Shown here one piece after another: positions 14,122 through 27,765 of a stretch of DNA of 64,000 nucleotides; position 1 is the first letter of the stretch, and the number at the start of each line of letters is the position of its first letter. The notes beneath the pieces are model-generated. The model worked only from the letters and a program-made list of their open reading frames with translations, made no database searches and had not been told where the DNA came from. A program made the translations under genes and the position numbers. The stretch covers positions 117,056,001-117,120,000 of the forward strand of contig OX597817.1 in assembly GCA_951406725.2 (NCBI GenBank), written 5' to 3'. This DNA is from Octopus vulgaris (lineage: Eukaryota).

Positions 14122-14779
14122 GTCTATACTTTAGGTTAGCAATTTCAACTCATTTGGAGGGATAATTCCAGGTTTCATGAGATAAAATTAATACGAACTA
14201 CCGATATCTGTCGTTCTCAGTCAAAACGGGGCTGTTCGTTTCGCCTACCTTTGAACTATACTGTATGCATTCTCACACATACATCGTTACAAGGACTCTC
14301 GTGAAAGACGTAGTGCCGCAACGAAACAAAATCTCTTAAGAACAAGTACACATTCAGCATATCACTTCGTTAATGTTTACATGATAGATTAATTTTAACT
14401 TAAATTTTGTGCCATGAATATAAGTTGTATTATTAATGTAAAATTATTTGTTTATTATCTTCATTAGTTTAGTTATAAAGCGCAGGTTTGTTTTCGACGT
14501 TCAAATTACAGACAAAATACGTAAATTTTATTAAGTGATTCCATCATATTCTATTGTATGAGTTCAAAATAGGATGCAGAGTAACCTCACAATATACACA
14601 AATAATTTAATCAGAAGATTTTCAAAGCATATAGACTTAAATATTGCTTCCAAATAATTCGTAGTGGTGATAACATCCTTCAGTATTTTTAGACAAATTT
14701 CAGCGATGTGACTTTATTAAAGTTAAGCTACACATAACAGACCTATCGAGGTTTCACACGAAAGTCGTATTTGCCGTTG

Positions 14780-15120
14780 AAACTTTAATTTTTCGGAAAG
14801 AAAGCTATCCACATTTGAACCATATTAGCGCATATAATCAAATCATGTATTTTATATCACCACCAACAGCATTTCACGTAATGCTGTCGACGAGGTGACG
14901 TACTTAAAAGGATTTTCCAAAGGGTGTTTTCACCAGAAGAATGTTACTGCCAGCTAGCCTGATGAATTGTCTCTACCATTTCTTTTATCCTGGCAAAGCG
15001 ACAAGGTTGTTAACGAATAGTATTGCCAAGAAATCGGCGAACAGCACTGAGAATGGCAATGCTGAACTCTAATGTAGAGTAATAGACAGGGGCTAATTCT
15101 TCTCCATGACAATTCTAACC
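14780..15120 (+). pseudogene. Mariner transposase relic, part upstream of the LINE insertion
   Basis: E*YCQEIGEQH*EW...NRQGLILLHDNSNR resembles mariner YCQQL...RKGVILLHDNARPH. Confidence 0.7.
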
Positions 15121-17242
15121 GAGGCTTCCGCGCTTCTGGACTGGCGATCCCTGATGACGTTGTCCTCTGTTGACGAACTATGGTCATCCCTCAAAGCATA
15201 TGTAATCTGTTTGACTGACCAGGCAGTTCCCGTTGGGCTTCCCAAGAAGAAGAAACACAAGCCCTGGGTAACGAAGAAGGTTTAACGAGAACGTCGACTC
15301 AGAGATATTGCTTGGGCTGAATTCAAAAATCTGGATTCGACTGCAGCTTTTGAGGTGTACAAAACTCAACGAGACCGAGCCGTGGAAATTGAAAAGAGAG
15401 AACGCTTCAGTTATGAATACAAAATCGCGGCAAATGCCAGTAGCAATCCAAAAACCTTCTTTGCCCATGTCCAGCGGAATTCCCGCTTGAACAACCAGAT
15501 TGCAACGTTGGTAGACTCAACAGGCGTATCGATTGAGGACCCTTATCAACAGAGTCAATTATTTGCCGAGGCTTTTTCAACTATTTTCAAACAAGATGAT
15601 GGTCGTGAACCCCCTCCATTTGATAGATCGGTACCTCCAATGCTTCGATTGGTCATCACGCGGGACGAAGTCAAACGTGTTATTCAAGGCCTCGATGTCA
15701 ACAAGGGTCACGGCCCTGACGGCATACACCCACGGGTTATCAAAGCGTTGGCTCCGGTCATCTGCGAGCCCTTAACACGACTATTCAATATGTCATTGGC
15801 GACGGGTGTTATACCTGCAGACTGGAGAACTGCGATAATCTGCCCAATTTTCAAGAAAGGGAGCCGCGAAGACCCGCTTAACTACCGACCGGTTTCCCTT
15901 ACATCAATAATCAGCAAGATGTTCGAAACCATCCTTATGAAAAGTATGATGCTCCACCTCCTAAACACAGCCTCTATCTCTGATTCCCAACACGGCTTCG
16001 TGCCGAAGAGATCATGCTTGACCAACTTACTAGTAATAGAAGAATTGGTGACGCGCATCCTCGATGATAGTGATGCTGTTGACATCGTTTTATTGGACTT
16101 TGCCAAAGCTTTTGACTCGGTAAACCACCGCCTATTACTTGTCAAGCTTCAAGCATATAGTTTCCATCCGGATATTATACGATGGGTTGGTGCCTTCATC
16201 TCAGATCGCTCCTTCCTAGTCCAAGTTAATGGTTCGCGGTCCGACGTCTCCAGTGCGAGCAGTGGCGTGCCTCAAGGTTCAGTGCTTGGGCCCTTGTTGT
16301 TCTTAGTCTTCATAAATGACTTGCCCGACGACCTCACGCAACACACCCTTCTATTTGCCGACGATATCAAACTGGTCGCTCCTCGCGGTAATATAGAGGA
16401 TCTTCGTCGATGCCTCCACCAAATTTGGAAGTGGTCTAACGATTGGGACCTGTGGCTGAACGTGTCAAAGTGCTGTCATCTGCCTGTCGGCTCTACTCCT
16501 GCAACTCAACTTGATTTCGAGCCGGGTCGTCTGCTGCTGGAGAGGACCGATCAGGTAAAGGACCTGGGTATCTTGTTGGATTCCTCCTTTTCGCCTTCGG
16601 CCCAGTGCGTCCATGCTGCCAATAAAGCACGCGGAATTCTGTTCTTGATTCGACGGTCATTCGGAATGCTCACAGCAGCCATATTCCTACCACTCTATGT
16701 CACGCTGGTGAGACCCATATTGGAGTATGGGATTCAGGCCTCTTCTCCTTATTTCCTCAAAGACATACAGCATCTCGAAAGAGTCCAGAGGCTGGCTACC
16801 CGCATGGTTCATGGTCTCAAAAATTTGTCCTACGAAGAAAGGCTGAGGACGCTCTACCTTTATTCTCTTGAAAAACGCCGCCGCCGTGGTGATCTCATTC
16901 TCGCCCACAGCATTATAAGCGGAAAGTGTAACCTCTCGAAAGAGCTGTTCTTCACTCCTGCTCCAGAGCGTCGGCTGCGGGGTCATTCCGAAAAGCTCTA
17001 CCTGCGACGATTTCATCTCAATCGAAGGAGAGGAGCTTTCTCCGTCCGGGTTGCGGATCCGTGGAACAAGCTGCCAGACGAGATGGTGAAGATGCCGACG
17101 ACCGCTTTGTTCAAAGCCTCCCTGGACCTCAAGTGGCCTGAACTCTTTACATGAACACCACCCTGTACTTAACTCCATGTCCCCCTACATGGCCTTGCTA
17201 TTTGCTTTTGAGCCAAATTAACTAACTAACTAACTAACTAAC
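15121..17242 (+). mobile_element. 5'-truncated CR1/L2-group LINE, copy 2, with (TAAC)n tail
   Basis: linker DWRSL..SVDELWSSLK..KPWVTKKV* followed by the 599-aa RT ORF; same 3' UTR as copy 1. Confidence 0.93.
15355..17154 (+). CDS. LINE ORF2 reverse transcriptase, 5'-truncated
   Basis: NPKTFFAHV, GPDGIHP, DFAKAFDSV, GVPQGSVLGP, FADD, CR1-type C-terminus. Confidence 0.9.
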   Translation: MYKTQRDRAVEIEKRERFSYEYKIAANASSNPKTFFAHVQRNSRLNNQIATLVDSTGVSIEDPYQQSQLFAEAFSTIFKQDDGREPPPFDRSVPPMLRLVITRDEVKRVIQGLDVNKGHGPDGIHPRVIKALAPVICEPLTRLFNMSLATGVIPADWRTAIICPIFKKGSREDPLNYRPVSLTSIISKMFETILMKSMMLHLLNTASISDSQHGFVPKRSCLTNLLVIEELVTRILDDSDAVDIVLLDFAKAFDSVNHRLLLVKLQAYSFHPDIIRWVGAFISDRSFLVQVNGSRSDVSSASSGVPQGSVLGPLLFLVFINDLPDDLTQHTLLFADDIKLVAPRGNIEDLRRCLHQIWKWSNDWDLWLNVSKCCHLPVGSTPATQLDFEPGRLLLERTDQVKDLGILLDSSFSPSAQCVHAANKARGILFLIRRSFGMLTAAIFLPLYVTLVRPILEYGIQASSPYFLKDIQHLERVQRLATRMVHGLKNLSYEERLRTLYLYSLEKRRRRGDLILAHSIISGKCNLSKELFFTPAPERRLRGHSEKLYLRRFHLNRRRGAFSVRVADPWNKLPDEMVKMPTTALFKASLDLKWPELFT

Positions 17243-17485
17243 AATACCTGATTAAATGACTGACAATATCTCCACAGAAATTAACGAATTTTTCTAAAGG
17301 AGCTCCGTCATCCACCTTAATCCATAATGCTCCTGTGATGATTACTACATTATCACATATGTCGATATGTCCCTGGAAAAGATTTTTCATAATTTCAGGA
17401 GCTGATTAGAGACAGGTGTCTTCTGGGAACTCTAGAATTTTATGATATCAAAATATATGGCCTTGTTTCTTGTTTTGTTGACGCT
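17243..17485 (+). pseudogene. Mariner transposase relic, part downstream of the LINE insertion
   Basis: QKLTNF..ELRHPP*S..DDYY..EFYDIKIYGLVS resembles HPPYSPDLAPSDY and FY..GI..LV. Confidence 0.6.
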
Positions 17486-20400
17486 CATAAGCAGGTTCTG
17501 TTTGCTAGTATTTGGAAAGTATCATGAAGAACTATGTATCAATTATCCACCTCTACCTGTTTACAACTCCTCACACATTGGCAGTATAGTCTCCTTCAAT
17601 AGGACCTCGCCGTCGATAAACTGTATCAGTCGTCATCACTTAATGTTTGTGAACAGAACTCATGGATAAAGCTCTTGTTACAGCATCCTGGTGACGTGAA
17701 ATGCAAAGTTACACTGTTCTTCTTAGTTTTCTCCTATCATGGGCTTGTATACCGAGGCATGAAGATCAATTCTGAAAGTTCAGATGTAAGAAACTTATTG
17801 ATTTCTTGCCATGTGTTGTGGTTCCTTTCACTTGTAAATATGACAATAAGGTAAATCTCCTTCCTAGCAATCAAGTGTGCTCATATGGTGCATTAACTTT
17901 TTCAAGATGCCAGATTTGAAATGTGAAAAAAGTTTGCTACCGTTTCAGTTTGAAATATCACGTAGTAATATTAGGATTGTCTATTATCAGAATTGCGATG
18001 CGTTCCGTATTTTCATTAAATTTTAGGTATAAGGACAGTGTCGCAAACAATTCTAGTCTCTAAATTTATTTGCGATAGCCGTCACATTTTTGCCATATAG
18101 TTCGGCATGTAATTGATTTAGGAAGAACTATCATTCTCCAGACCGATCAACAACTCCTTGCAAAGATTGTATCTGACAGACAATTATACAGGTCTAATAC
18201 TAAATACTGCTGATCGTTTCCAATACACTACAGGCGAGGAGACTAGACAACACGTTGGCTTACACAAACCTATTGAAACAGGCAGTGTCCGTGATGATGT
18301 ATATTATCCAATTACTGCTTCTTTGTTATAGGAAAATGTCCTATTCATCTTTGACTTTGCTTATTTAGATGCGAACCAGCTAAGCTACCGAATAAAACCT
18401 GGATACATGATGGGGTCATAGGCTTGATGAGAATCGCTAAATACTTTCTGACAATTTATTTTTCTCATCATTAACGAATATCAATGCAACAATCTCATCT
18501 CATCGAGACAAGTTATATATCCTGGGGTATTCATCATCTGGCGTTTGTCTTCAGATAATCCGATGAAATCATATATCCGTATTGAAACAGCAACACATTA
18601 ATCTTCGACAGGAATGATTGCAAATAAGTATTCTTAGCTGAAACTATATCAGAATGAAACATTCTCATATTAGCAGCATCGGGTTCTTCTCTTCGATAAT
18701 CTTCAGCAATTTTCTGCGTGTCCTGCTAAAGTTTTTCTTCAGTATAGTACAGGTAATGTACACATTATAAGAGTTTCTTTATTTGGCGTGGCACATATGG
18801 TAAAAATTATTCTCCTATTATTTTATTACAACACACGTATAAATAGAATCATATTTAATGCAAAACATACTTTAGCTATCACATTCTATAGTCAACATGC
18901 TGTTTCATCGTTACGATTTCTCCTTCTGGCTGACAAAAATTGTCTATTAATTTTAGCACCTAGAATAACTTCATAAAAGCTCTCGTAATGGTGAATATGT
19001 GGTGATTTAGTTAAGTTTGTGACTTTTAAAAACACTAATGTGACATTTCAGTGATGTTTTAGTCAATAATTTTCATTCATGTTGTATAAATACTAAATGA
19101 TAAGTATTTATCTCACAAAGAGTAGAATTCACTGATTTATTGTCTAATTTTTTTTCTCTTTTCGTTTCTTTTGTAACATAGTATATAGATTAGCCATTTC
19201 AAAAATAAGAAGTGTCAAGTGGTTGAATGAACTGCATACGTTTATATCGAAACATTTTACATCACGAATGATTCTACCGGATGAAAGCCTTTATAAATCT
19301 GTCGCCTTTTATTACATTTCTGTTTCTTCTTCCAGTCTCCTCTGATGTAAAATGAACTTGACCAAAAATGAAGCACAAACTATAGAGGTTTTTTTCGTGT
19401 CATATGGAAACTCAATGAATATATCGCTTTGATTTTCTTTTGCTTCATTTTCACAGGTGGCAAATTGTTAGACTCTTTAGAGCGTCAGATAAAGTGCCAT
19501 GCTCTATTCGTCCCAAAGAGATACAAATACAACGCGCCATATTGATGGAACTGGAAAAATGAAGGGCCACACACTTTTCTGTATATTTTAAAAATTTGCC
19601 TTCTGTGTTCAAGTCCCACCATGCCCTACTTGGCTCGAAGTGTTAATTTGTTTTATGTTATTACACTAACAGCATTGATAATGGTGATTTGGAGCCGGAG
19701 CCACCGTCCTCTATTCTGGCTGAAAATAAAATAAATAACTGAAACATTAGTCTGTTCCTGTGATGGCAGACAGGCGGGTGGTCAGAGGAATATTGTTTTC
19801 ATTTTCATACGCATAATTAAGTGTCTTGCGTTTTGGGTGTGGTATTAACTTTAAATTGTACTATCGCACAAAAAATGCTCACATTAATTTATGGATGCAT
19901 GTGAGTGTTGGAAAATAATTTGGTGCAGTTGTTTACGGACGTGAAGGAAAATTAGGATTCTGTGTGTATGTTGGCGCTCTCATAGTAACTAAAAAATCGT
20001 ATAATTTTCTGTTGATGTTAAATACACATACTGAGATGCAATTGTATAATTTTATGATACACTGACAAATGTCTTTCTATGAATGCAATTATTTCAATTT
20101 TAATTTCCAATTGAAAAATATGAATTTATCAACTGATTAGAAAGATAATTTTAGAGTTTTATTCTCTTTGCCAACGTTATTGACATCATACCCTCGCACA
20201 AATATCATAGCATTTCGTAAACAGTGCAAATCAGTTCCTAAGCACAAAATACTAACATAAATATTAAAGGGCACATAAACACTCATATTGTAGAAAATTG
20301 ATTTGAATGAATGATATTTGAATGAAAAAGCGTATGATAAAATACATGTTGTATAACAGAAAGAGCAGTAATAACAACAGCGAAGGAAACTTGTATACAC

Positions 20401-22976
20401 ATTCCTTGTCACATGAAATTGTGGCGAATATTGGCCTAAATCTATTGTTTGCAACCGGGCATTCTAACGAGAAATTCATATGTATTAAATATATTTTTTC
20501 TGAAAAGTCTTTATCGACGTGACATCTTTTACAGAGCATGTGTTCACCGGCCACATTCTATCACACAAGCAGCAAAGGAATTGTAACATATGATCTACTT
20601 GTCAATGGCACAGGGGTTGTTGCCGTTGTAACATAGAACTTATGCTTGAAGACACCTCTGTTTGTCAGAATCTCTGTTATTTCCTTTATTTTGACGCATG
20701 AACTGTATGAACCAAATATGTGTTATCGTCAAATCTCAGAACTGCCGAAAATACAGGGCCAAATATTTGGACACACACAAACCCGAAAGTATGAGACACC
20801 ACTACTTGTAAATTTCCCTACTATATTTAAGGATGCAGAATATATAGATATGAATGTCAACTTGGAAAAGTGGTTGCGGATCACTTTCGCGGCAGAATAT
20901 GTACACAAGTTTACATGAACTTACAAGAACAATATACATGAGGTAATGTCAGGTAGAATTGCAAAGAAGAATTGAAGCAAAGGATTTAGAATTGAGTTTC
21001 CATCTTACTTAAGTCAGCTGCAACATATGTTGTCGTAAAAATATTCTAATGGCTTTCTACTCTGGTGGTCTGCAAAGAGAAAAAGTGTAACAAAGAGCAA
21101 CAAAGTAAGTCTGATACTCCTAGGACAGCATTAAAACCTCGAAGGCAATATCAAAATTGTTGGAAAAATCCACTTCAACCTCATTCAAAGGAGTTAACCA
21201 GGAAAGCCCTAAACGTCAGCTTCAGTGCTTCAATTTTCGACGACAACTAAAGATATAAACCAAACACTGAACGCTTGAAAACAAATGGGCCGCAACATAT
21301 TCGGGTTGCGGTGAATATCTCGCGTTGAGGAGAGATAATCATGAGAATAAAAATCCATGTCACGTGAAAAGAATCCCATCTCGGACTGTGCCAACTGAAG
21401 TTGATTTCACTGACCTTCACAATGCCTAAAAATACCTAAACGCAATATACGAGTAATTTCTATTTTTCAGACATCTTGTTTTGGCTATTGTGCTATTCTT
21501 ATAGTATTTTACCTTGCCGGGTTCACTTCAGCTGTGTTCCTTCCTAGGTCCACAAGCTTTGCCTATCAAATAGGTTCCTCTCACCCAAATTTGCAGTCTT
21601 GTGCCTATTCTAGAAACAGTCTTTCAATTATTGTGGGCATTTATGTCTCCAATAAATATTTAAACACGTAGTCACATTTCCCATGATGTTTTCACCCCTC
21701 CCCTCACTTTCACACACCGTGTTTGGCCCCGACCAATATATTTTTTATGCCTTCTCATTCTCATTAAAAATTAACTAACTAACTAACTAACATTCTTTGT
21801 ATCTTATTGTACTTTCCGACTAAGTATGGTAAAAAAAGGATGCATTTTTTTTATTTGCTAGAAAGTAGTTATTTTCATTATTTCCTTTTATTGTTCACTG
21901 TCTTCTTTACCTAAGACGTATTTTTAACAGAATTCTTGCCTTTGCGTAACGGAAATAAGTTTGAGAGATTCGTCTAACCACCAAATTCTTTTGGGATAAT
22001 GTTCATCACGTTAGCTGCGTGGGAGAGAGCTTTGGTTAAACATTGTATTTGATTTAATGTGCTTACATTTTCCCATGATAGGCTTATGCGTTTTTAATTC
22101 ATTCCAAAATGAATTGCATCAATCTATTTTTCTAATGTGGTAGATATAGGTGATGCTAACAACAATTATGGTAGTAGTCAATACTCATCCAATTCGTGAA
22201 AACACGAAAATAAACTTTAAAATAACGCAGAAAATATGACAATGGAAGAAACAGTTTCGAGCTCGAATATGAGATAAGCACAAGCTTTACCTAATTAAGG
22301 GGACATAGTAGTTGTGATGAATGATCTGAAGTATGATGCCAGGGATAGTGTCCACGAAAATGGGAGAGGATTTGGAGAGAAACAACGCTGGTGAGCCAGC
22401 AGCTAACTTTTAGCTACCAAAAGAACTTGCTGTTTGAACTGCAAGAGAGGATACAAGCGAATTCGAATTATTCAATATGCAAATGATAACTATTAAATTC
22501 GTGGGGTATTCTCACGCAGCTCCAGGCTGGCTTCTTAAACGTGTTATGGCAGCGGTATGTGTTTACTACTCTACTAAATATTCAATGATTCACTCTAGGT
22601 AGAGAATTGGTTGTTAAAGAATGAGTTACAAATTCAAATTCAAAGGGATCATCTTTCACTCAAATACTTTCTGTGGGTCTATAAAATGTACTAATTTATA
22701 GTAATGCAGATGAAATAGTAGACGTCTTGCGATATTTTTTGTTTCTTTGTATTCGGATTTCAAATCAAATCATGGCCTAGTTAGGTGATGGGATCAACAC
22801 GTCACCCGGTTTTAATGAAAGCACCTGGCATTGTGAAATACTTCAGTGGCGTGTATTATGTTGTAATTTCCAGCTTGAGGATAACCACTCCATTTCTGGG
22901 GTCATGGTAACAGGTCTGCATCATTCTTCAGCTTCCATTTTTATTATATATCTTGACATCATCGCATGGTGACAAA

Positions 22977-23100
22977 TGGCATAGTGCTTAGGGTTTTGCA
23001 CTCATGTTCGCAAGATCATGGATCCAGACAGTGGATGGGGTGGCGCCTTGTGTTCTTGGGAAAAAACATTTCATTTCATTTTGCTCTGTGATCCCATTGA
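22977..23100 (+). mobile_element. Old tRNA-SINE head
   Basis: TGGCATAGTGCTTAGG..TGCACTCA head; TTGTGTTCTTG.GAAAAAACA block shared with 48930-49020. Confidence 0.55.
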
Positions 23101-23504
23101 CACTTGGCTTTTACTATACTGTGCACCATTCCAGTAAACGTTTATTTGATGGATGGAGTGAGCTAATATCCAACATATATATTTGATCACTAGAAACAAA
23201 TCATTTGTGGCTGTGGTTCAGCAAGATATAACAGAACCGTCTTTCTCGGACTACGAGAGGCTACTAACATTTACATCATCACATGTAATACCCTTTTCAT
23301 ATTCGATGCAAAGAATATAATCACTGTGCATATTTAATGAACAAATCCAGCCAGGCTAAATTTTACTTTTCACCAGCGGGACGACGATATCATAAAGTAC
23401 CAGTGAAATATTTGTGTTAGTGATATAACTAAATCTTCCCCTCAAAATTGCTAGCCTTGTGTCTAAATCATAAAATGCTATTACAATGTATATTATTAAT
23501 AAGG

Positions 23505-23680
23505 TGGAGTGTTGGCAGACTCGTTAGCATACTGTGCAAAATACTTAGCGTCCGTCTGTACGTTCACTTTTACGTTCTGGCTCAAATGCCAGAGAGGTCG
23601 ACTTTAACATTCGTCATTTTGGGGCCGATAAAAAAATACCAGTTGAGCACGACTTCAGATCTCTCCCTCCAAACTAATAT
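23505..23680 (+). mobile_element. Diverged SINE of the GTCGACTTT-core family
   Basis: GGCAGA.TCGTTAGCA..AAAATACTTAGC..GAGGTCGACTTT..GATAAAA..TACCAGTTGAGCAC, as at 55470-55650. Confidence 0.7.
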
Positions 23681-24284
23681 ATAGTTGCCGCTAGAATGGC
23701 AGTAGTGTCAATGTTAATAGTAGAAAGAAGACGAATATTTTGATAAAAACTATCGAGCTATATTTTTTAAGTATTTTTACGTCTTTATCCTTGCAAACGT
23801 TACGGAAAACAGATATAAAAAATAGAATCTAGACTGCAAAAAGAGATATGAAATTACAGAGTTATGGTGGGAATATATCCTGCATGTGGACATCTGCATA
23901 TGTCAGAGTAATTTTTTCAGAGAGTTATTGGCAAAGTAAATAATCGGGAAGACAAACATTAAAGAACAGAAAATATATTGGAATAAGATAAAAGAAGACC
24001 TATGAAGCTTAAATATGTGACCAGAAATATATATATATCTAAATACAATGATATTTAATAAAACTAACTTCTTGGGTGTGCATATATGTTTCTGTGTTGC
24101 ACGCACGCGTATTTGTGTGTATGAGAATGCGTAGCTGATTGTGTGAATGAGATTAAACGCATGCTCAGTCACAGACACACACACTTATATATATGCACAC
24201 ACAACATGAATGTTATCTGCATGAAAATATTAATAGCTTATGGTCTGTGGTAATTTGTATTGTTTTATATCTAAGTTCATTATA

Positions 24285-25210
24285 TTATATTTTGATGTTG
24301 TAGTGTGCTATGCATATACACACACACATTTGGTATGATCTACGATATTGCTTTTACCAATCTTAGTATTTGCGTATGTGAATGTATATAAGTCTGCGTT
24401 TGCATTCGTTTGTTACTACATACGTTCTCCGTTACTGCATTTCTTTCTGTATCTGCGTCCTTGTATTTTTTGTATCTGCGTAAGTAACCTCTGAGCGAGT
24501 CTGAGCGCATGTATTTATGAGCCTCAGTCGCTAGAACCAGATTATTTAAAATCTTATGCATTGCCTATCATTTTGTAAATACTAACCCTTCGAGTCCTTC
24601 TGTTCTTATGCCTTGTATGTATTCCAGCATATATGTATGCATTCTTTGAATTGTATAACACAAGTATTACATATATCACTTTGCAATCTATGACATTTTT
24701 GTCCACTCACCATAAACCAGTATCAAAACGTGTATTACTATTTAAATCACTCAAAAACATCACTATAGTCTTAAGATCAAATAAATATATATCGTACCCC
24801 AACAAAAAATTAACTCTTACATCCATGCGAAAGGCAAATTCACTTTCTAATCCAGTAATTTGATAAAATCCTGTTGTAAATCATTGCAATATATTTTGAT
24901 GTAATGTGCTATACGTATGCATATATACTTTTTTATGGTCCTTGATATATTTTATTTTATCAACCTTAGTATTTGTGTATGTGAAAGTATGTAAGTCTTT
25001 GTGCATTCCTATATTTCTGTATTCATGCCTTTGTATTTCCGTGGCTGCATAAATAACCGCTGAACTCTGGGTGAGTCCGAACGCATATATTTATGAACCT
25101 CAGCCGCTACAACTAGATTATTTTAAATCTTATACATTGCCAATCATTTTGTAAATACTAATCCGTTCGTGTCCTTCTGTTCCTGTACCCTCTATGTATT
25201 CCAACATATC
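24285..25210 (+). repeat. Diverged ~330-bp direct repeat (24285-24635 and 24890-25210)
   Basis: shared blocks CTTAGTATTTG.GTATGTGAA and AAATCTTAT.CATTGCC.ATCATTTTGTAAATACTAA. Confidence 0.8.
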
Positions 25211-26044
25211 AATGTCTACAAACCATTACATAGCCACGAAGACTTTCTTTGTGTCTACAGTATTAAATGTACGACTGTGATATAGAGCATTTCTAGATTA
25301 AGTTTACTTAATACTTCGTGAGTTCCCTGTAGCAAAGTGGCTCAATCCATTTCTAGACTTTCACTTCTGCATCATCAGGTTACGAAATTTTACAATGTAA
25401 CTTCGTCGTAGTTTTGGTTAGCAGATGTAAATTTGTAGAAAATATATTACGTGAAATTGTGTAAATGTTATTTAAATTAATAATCATGTAATGCATTCTT
25501 TAGTTAATTCACTTAACTATTATAGAATGGAGAAGCTAAACTTCAAGAAAATATATCATCTTAGTGATCTAGACACGATCGTCGAGAGCTCTGATGATCG
25601 TGTGAATCTGAGTTTTTTTAATTCAAAGGAGTCGTACTACTTAATGTATAATATATATATAAGGGGCAGTATATTTCGGTACTCTTCAATACTGTTACTA
25701 CATATTTCTGGCACAGAGATTTAAAACTAGTTGCTTCTGACTTTACGAGATCAGTGACTGTGTGTCGCTTTAAAATTACATACTGTGATCAAGCTTGAGT
25801 GGGTGCCATCTCTAGAGGGTGATTGTCCTGTACCGAGGAAAATAGATCACGCAGAATCCATTGGTCTGCAGGTATCGCTTCGGCTAGTAAGAAGACAGCA
25901 GACTGTCTTGCTCACAGTATACGAACACAGATCATGTGTCGGTAGCCAGCTGGAAACGGCGTTTTCCTGCGGCTAAAAAGTAGTAACATCGTACTGCGTA
26001 GGATTGCCACGTTATGTTGGCTAATAGACTTCACACACACACAC

Positions 26045-26094
<50 letters not shown>

Positions 26095-26499
26095 ATATAT
26101 ATATATATACACACACATACATATATATATAGTTGAGGTTATAAGAGATAGCCAAACAACTATTACTGCTGTCCACAGGAACATATATAAAAGACAAAAC
26201 ACAGCCAATCAACCACAGTTGAAACCCTTCTATCACAACATGGGACCTCGAAGACTGCTTTAATGCAAGAAAGTATACTAGTCCCTTAATATTTTATATT
26301 CAATACGACAATCAATACTTCATTTCATTTTACTATATATATTATTTATACAATATATTCCATATTCTACATTACGATTATAAAAAATATAAATAAAGCA
26401 TAGAAAACAAACAGTGTTGTAATTACTTTGAATAATATATATCCCTCTATACACAATCATACAAACCTCTTATATATATATATATATATATATACAATT

Positions 26500-27655
26500 T
26501 ATAGGAAAATCTAGGGGAATAATTACAAGGTAACTGAATGTTGCTTACGAGTGCCAGGGTTTAACAGCATTCTAAGAGGATTCAATCTCTCTTCTAATAA
26601 TACTGTAACCTTATTAACACTGACATTAACAATAAGAAAAAATCTCTCCTCAAATGCTAAGAACAACACAACCAGCGTTTGCATTTGTGGCCCTGGTAAA
26701 ACCTGTGTCCTAAATGGAAACGCCGTTTACTAATGCAAGGGTACTTCTGGTAGCAAAAATTATTTCTATATTGGATTATCCTCAATATTTTTTGAAATCT
26801 CGCCTCACCATCCACTTCTCTACTTTTAAATTCAATAGTAAGCGGAACCCTACGGAAGTCAGTAAACTAATCTGGGACCTCAAGGACTTTAACAAATCTT
26901 TATCTTTAGAATGGACAATTCTTTCTAGATCTTTACTTTATGATAAAGGGATGTAATTCTGCTCTTTATGCACGGAAGAGCAGTATTTGTTTCTCTTCTC
27001 TAAAAACATAAATATTTTAAAGAAATTTACAGAGAGTGTTTACAAATGTATTCAATGGAAAAAACACTCTTTTAGTTCTTTGAAATGATATCTACCCGTA
27101 ACCTAATAATATTTTCTTTTTTTTTATTCTTGTATCTTACTTCCCATAACTTTTATTCATCAATTTTCCTTTTCTTTTATGCATTTTGATGTATACAATA
27201 TTCCTGTTCCACTTCACTCTCTCTTTTTACGTCCTGGTTTTATTTTTCTTCCATATAATTCTTTTTTTTCTCTCCCTCTCTCACCCAATTTAGTTACTTT
27301 CCTTAAAACCATTTTAAATTTCTAGAGTTCCGTTACTACCTGGCTTTCCATATTTTTATATGCCTATATACTCGGTTTTGCTATCATACGTATATATATT
27401 TTCGAATATCCTTATTCAATTTTCATATATATGTATATATATATATATATATTCAATATGTGACCGCGTGTGCATCGTTGGCGATATTCTTTCTCCGTCT
27501 TCCCTTCCTTGTGCCTTTCCTTTTTCTATGTTTCTGACGAAGAGGTCCGCTCGAAACTTTAAATCCTCCTTCTTTTTTTCTTTCCTGAGCGTCCAATAAC
27601 ACTATACTTGTTCCACGTCCTCGTGTTTTTGTATTTTCTCTCTGTATTTTCATAT
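26500..27655 (+). mobile_element. 5'-truncated Penelope-like element: GIY-YIG C-terminus plus 3' pLTR, flanked by (TA)n
   Basis: 26680-27089 reads CICG..KTCVLNGN.VY*CK...FYIGLS..KSRLTIHFSTF..TEVSKLIWDLK..LEWTIL..FCSLCTEEQY..KCIQWKK, with stops and a frameshift. Confidence 0.85.
27530..27564 (+). ncRNA. Minimal type I hammerhead motif in a PLE 3' repeat
   Basis: GTTT-CTGACGA-aGAGgtccgCTC-GAAAC-TTT-AAAT; stem III mutated here, AACGTT in the 13.8-kb homolog. Confidence 0.65.
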
Positions 27656-27657
27656 AT

Positions 27658-27762
<105 letters not shown>

Positions 27763-27765
27763 TAT

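Noticed and set aside
19430-19560. Polypyrimidine-AG splice acceptor-like sites (also near 4500 and 21465)
   Set aside because: No convincing coding exon or donor follows; cannot be supported without RNA data
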